The position numbers and the translations under genes are program-made. A model generated the notes under the pieces. The model ran no database searches and had not been told where the DNA came from. It saw only the letters and a program-made list of their open reading frames with translations. Below are positions 25,081 to 25,810 of a DNA stretch of 25,810 nt, in pieces. Source of the DNA: Anaerolineae bacterium (GTDB taxonomy: Bacteria > Chloroflexota > Anaerolineae > S140-20); assembly GCA_027021705.1 (NCBI GenBank), contig JALUTT010000024.1, positions 1 through 25,810 of the forward strand. Reading direction: 5' to 3'. Positions within the stretch are counted from its first letter, which is position 1. Each line of letters begins with the position of its first letter.

Positions 25081-25278
25081 CTAGCACCCTCCCTGGGTCG
25101 GCCACTCACACTCGTCAGGGCTGAGCAACACCCCCGTGTCGAAGGGCAGCCACATCGCCACCTCCCACGCCGGCCCCGGGTGGTGGGCCTCCGTCGTTGT
25201 CCCCGGCACCAGCAGCGGCCCCACCAGCGCGAAGGCCACCAGCACCAACAGCAGCAGGATGAACCCCTTTCTCAGCAT
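25081..25278 (-). CDS. Small secreted peptide (65 aa) with signal peptide and C-terminal Cys pair
   Basis: GGAGGTG RBS. MLRKGFILLLLVLVAFALVGPLLVPGTTTEA-HHPG...DECEWPTQGGC. Has its own terminator. Confidence 0.75.
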   Translation of the reverse strand: MLRKGFILLLLVLVAFALVGPLLVPGTTTEAHHPGPAWEVAMWLPFDTGVLLSPDECEWPTQGGC

Positions 25279-25500
25279 CTCAGCACCTCCATACGCTCTC
25301 AGGGAGCCGGCTGCCCGATGAAGCCTCCGGGCCCCTCGGCCGAGCGGGCCCGCCCGCGAGGCGGCCACCCGGCTCCAATTGGATTCCTCGGCGGCCCTGG
25401 CCAGAGCGCTGCCTTTAGCATAGCCGGCTTGGAGGGTGCTGTACACGCGAGACAGGCCAAATCCGTTGACAATTCGGTCAAGGGCGGCCAAACCCACATC

Positions 25501-25810
25501 CCGCCGACAACCATCCGCTCAATCCGCTCAATCCGTTCAATCCGCTCCCAAATCCGTTGACAGCCATCCGTTCAATCCGTTCCTTGAATCCGCCGACAGC
25601 TATCCGTTGACAGCCATTCGCTCAATCCGTTCAATCCGCTCCCAAATCCGTTGACAGCCATCCGTTCAATCCGTTCCTTGAACCCGCCGACAGCTATCCG
25701 TTGACAGCCATTCGCTCAATCCGTTCAATCCGCTCCCAAATCCGTTGACAGCCATCCGTTCAATCCGTTCCTTGAATCCGCCGACAGCTATCCGTTGACA
25801 GCCATTCGCT
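25501..25810. repeat. Non-coding 94-bp tandem repeat (~3 copies, runs off window) built from short ATCCG(T/C) subunits
   Basis: ctcccaaatccgttgacagcc recurs at 25545, 25639 and 25733. Subunits are tcaatccg(t/c) and atccgttgacagc. Confidence 0.92.

Noticed and set aside
25436..25654. ORFs reading IRSIRSIR / QSAQSVQS across the terminal repeat
   Set aside because: Translations of the non-coding repeat, with stops recurring in each unit and no RBS.
25501..25810. CRISPR array
   Set aside because: The units repeat in full with no unique spacers, and there are no cas genes in the window.

Overview
GC-rich bacterial DNA; gene style suggests a Chloroflexota/Anaerolineae-like organism, which is inference only. 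Positions 1-21919 form one co-directional minus-strand cluster encoding a type VII secretion (WXG100/EssC)-like system. It has a three-ATPase EssC/EccC-type protein fused to a C-terminal Ser/Thr kinase, four WXG100-type proteins (one with a C39-like peptidase, one cut by the window edge and missing from the ORF track), an EsaB/YukD ubiquitin-like protein and a probable EsaE/EspG-like chaperone. Interleaved are a vWA + PP2C + kinase triad, two membrane proteins with near-identical WD40 arrays, a second receptor kinase, a Cys-less DJ-1/PfpI protein and a GT-C-like membrane protein. Divergently transcribed is a split STAND regulator (sigma4-like HTH + NB-ARC, then TPR). Between the two promoters lies an array of motifs phased at exactly 10 bp. 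A small secreted Cys-pair peptide gene converges on the TPR gene, and the window ends in a 94-bp tandem repeat. All family calls are by-eye motif recognition; no searches were run.
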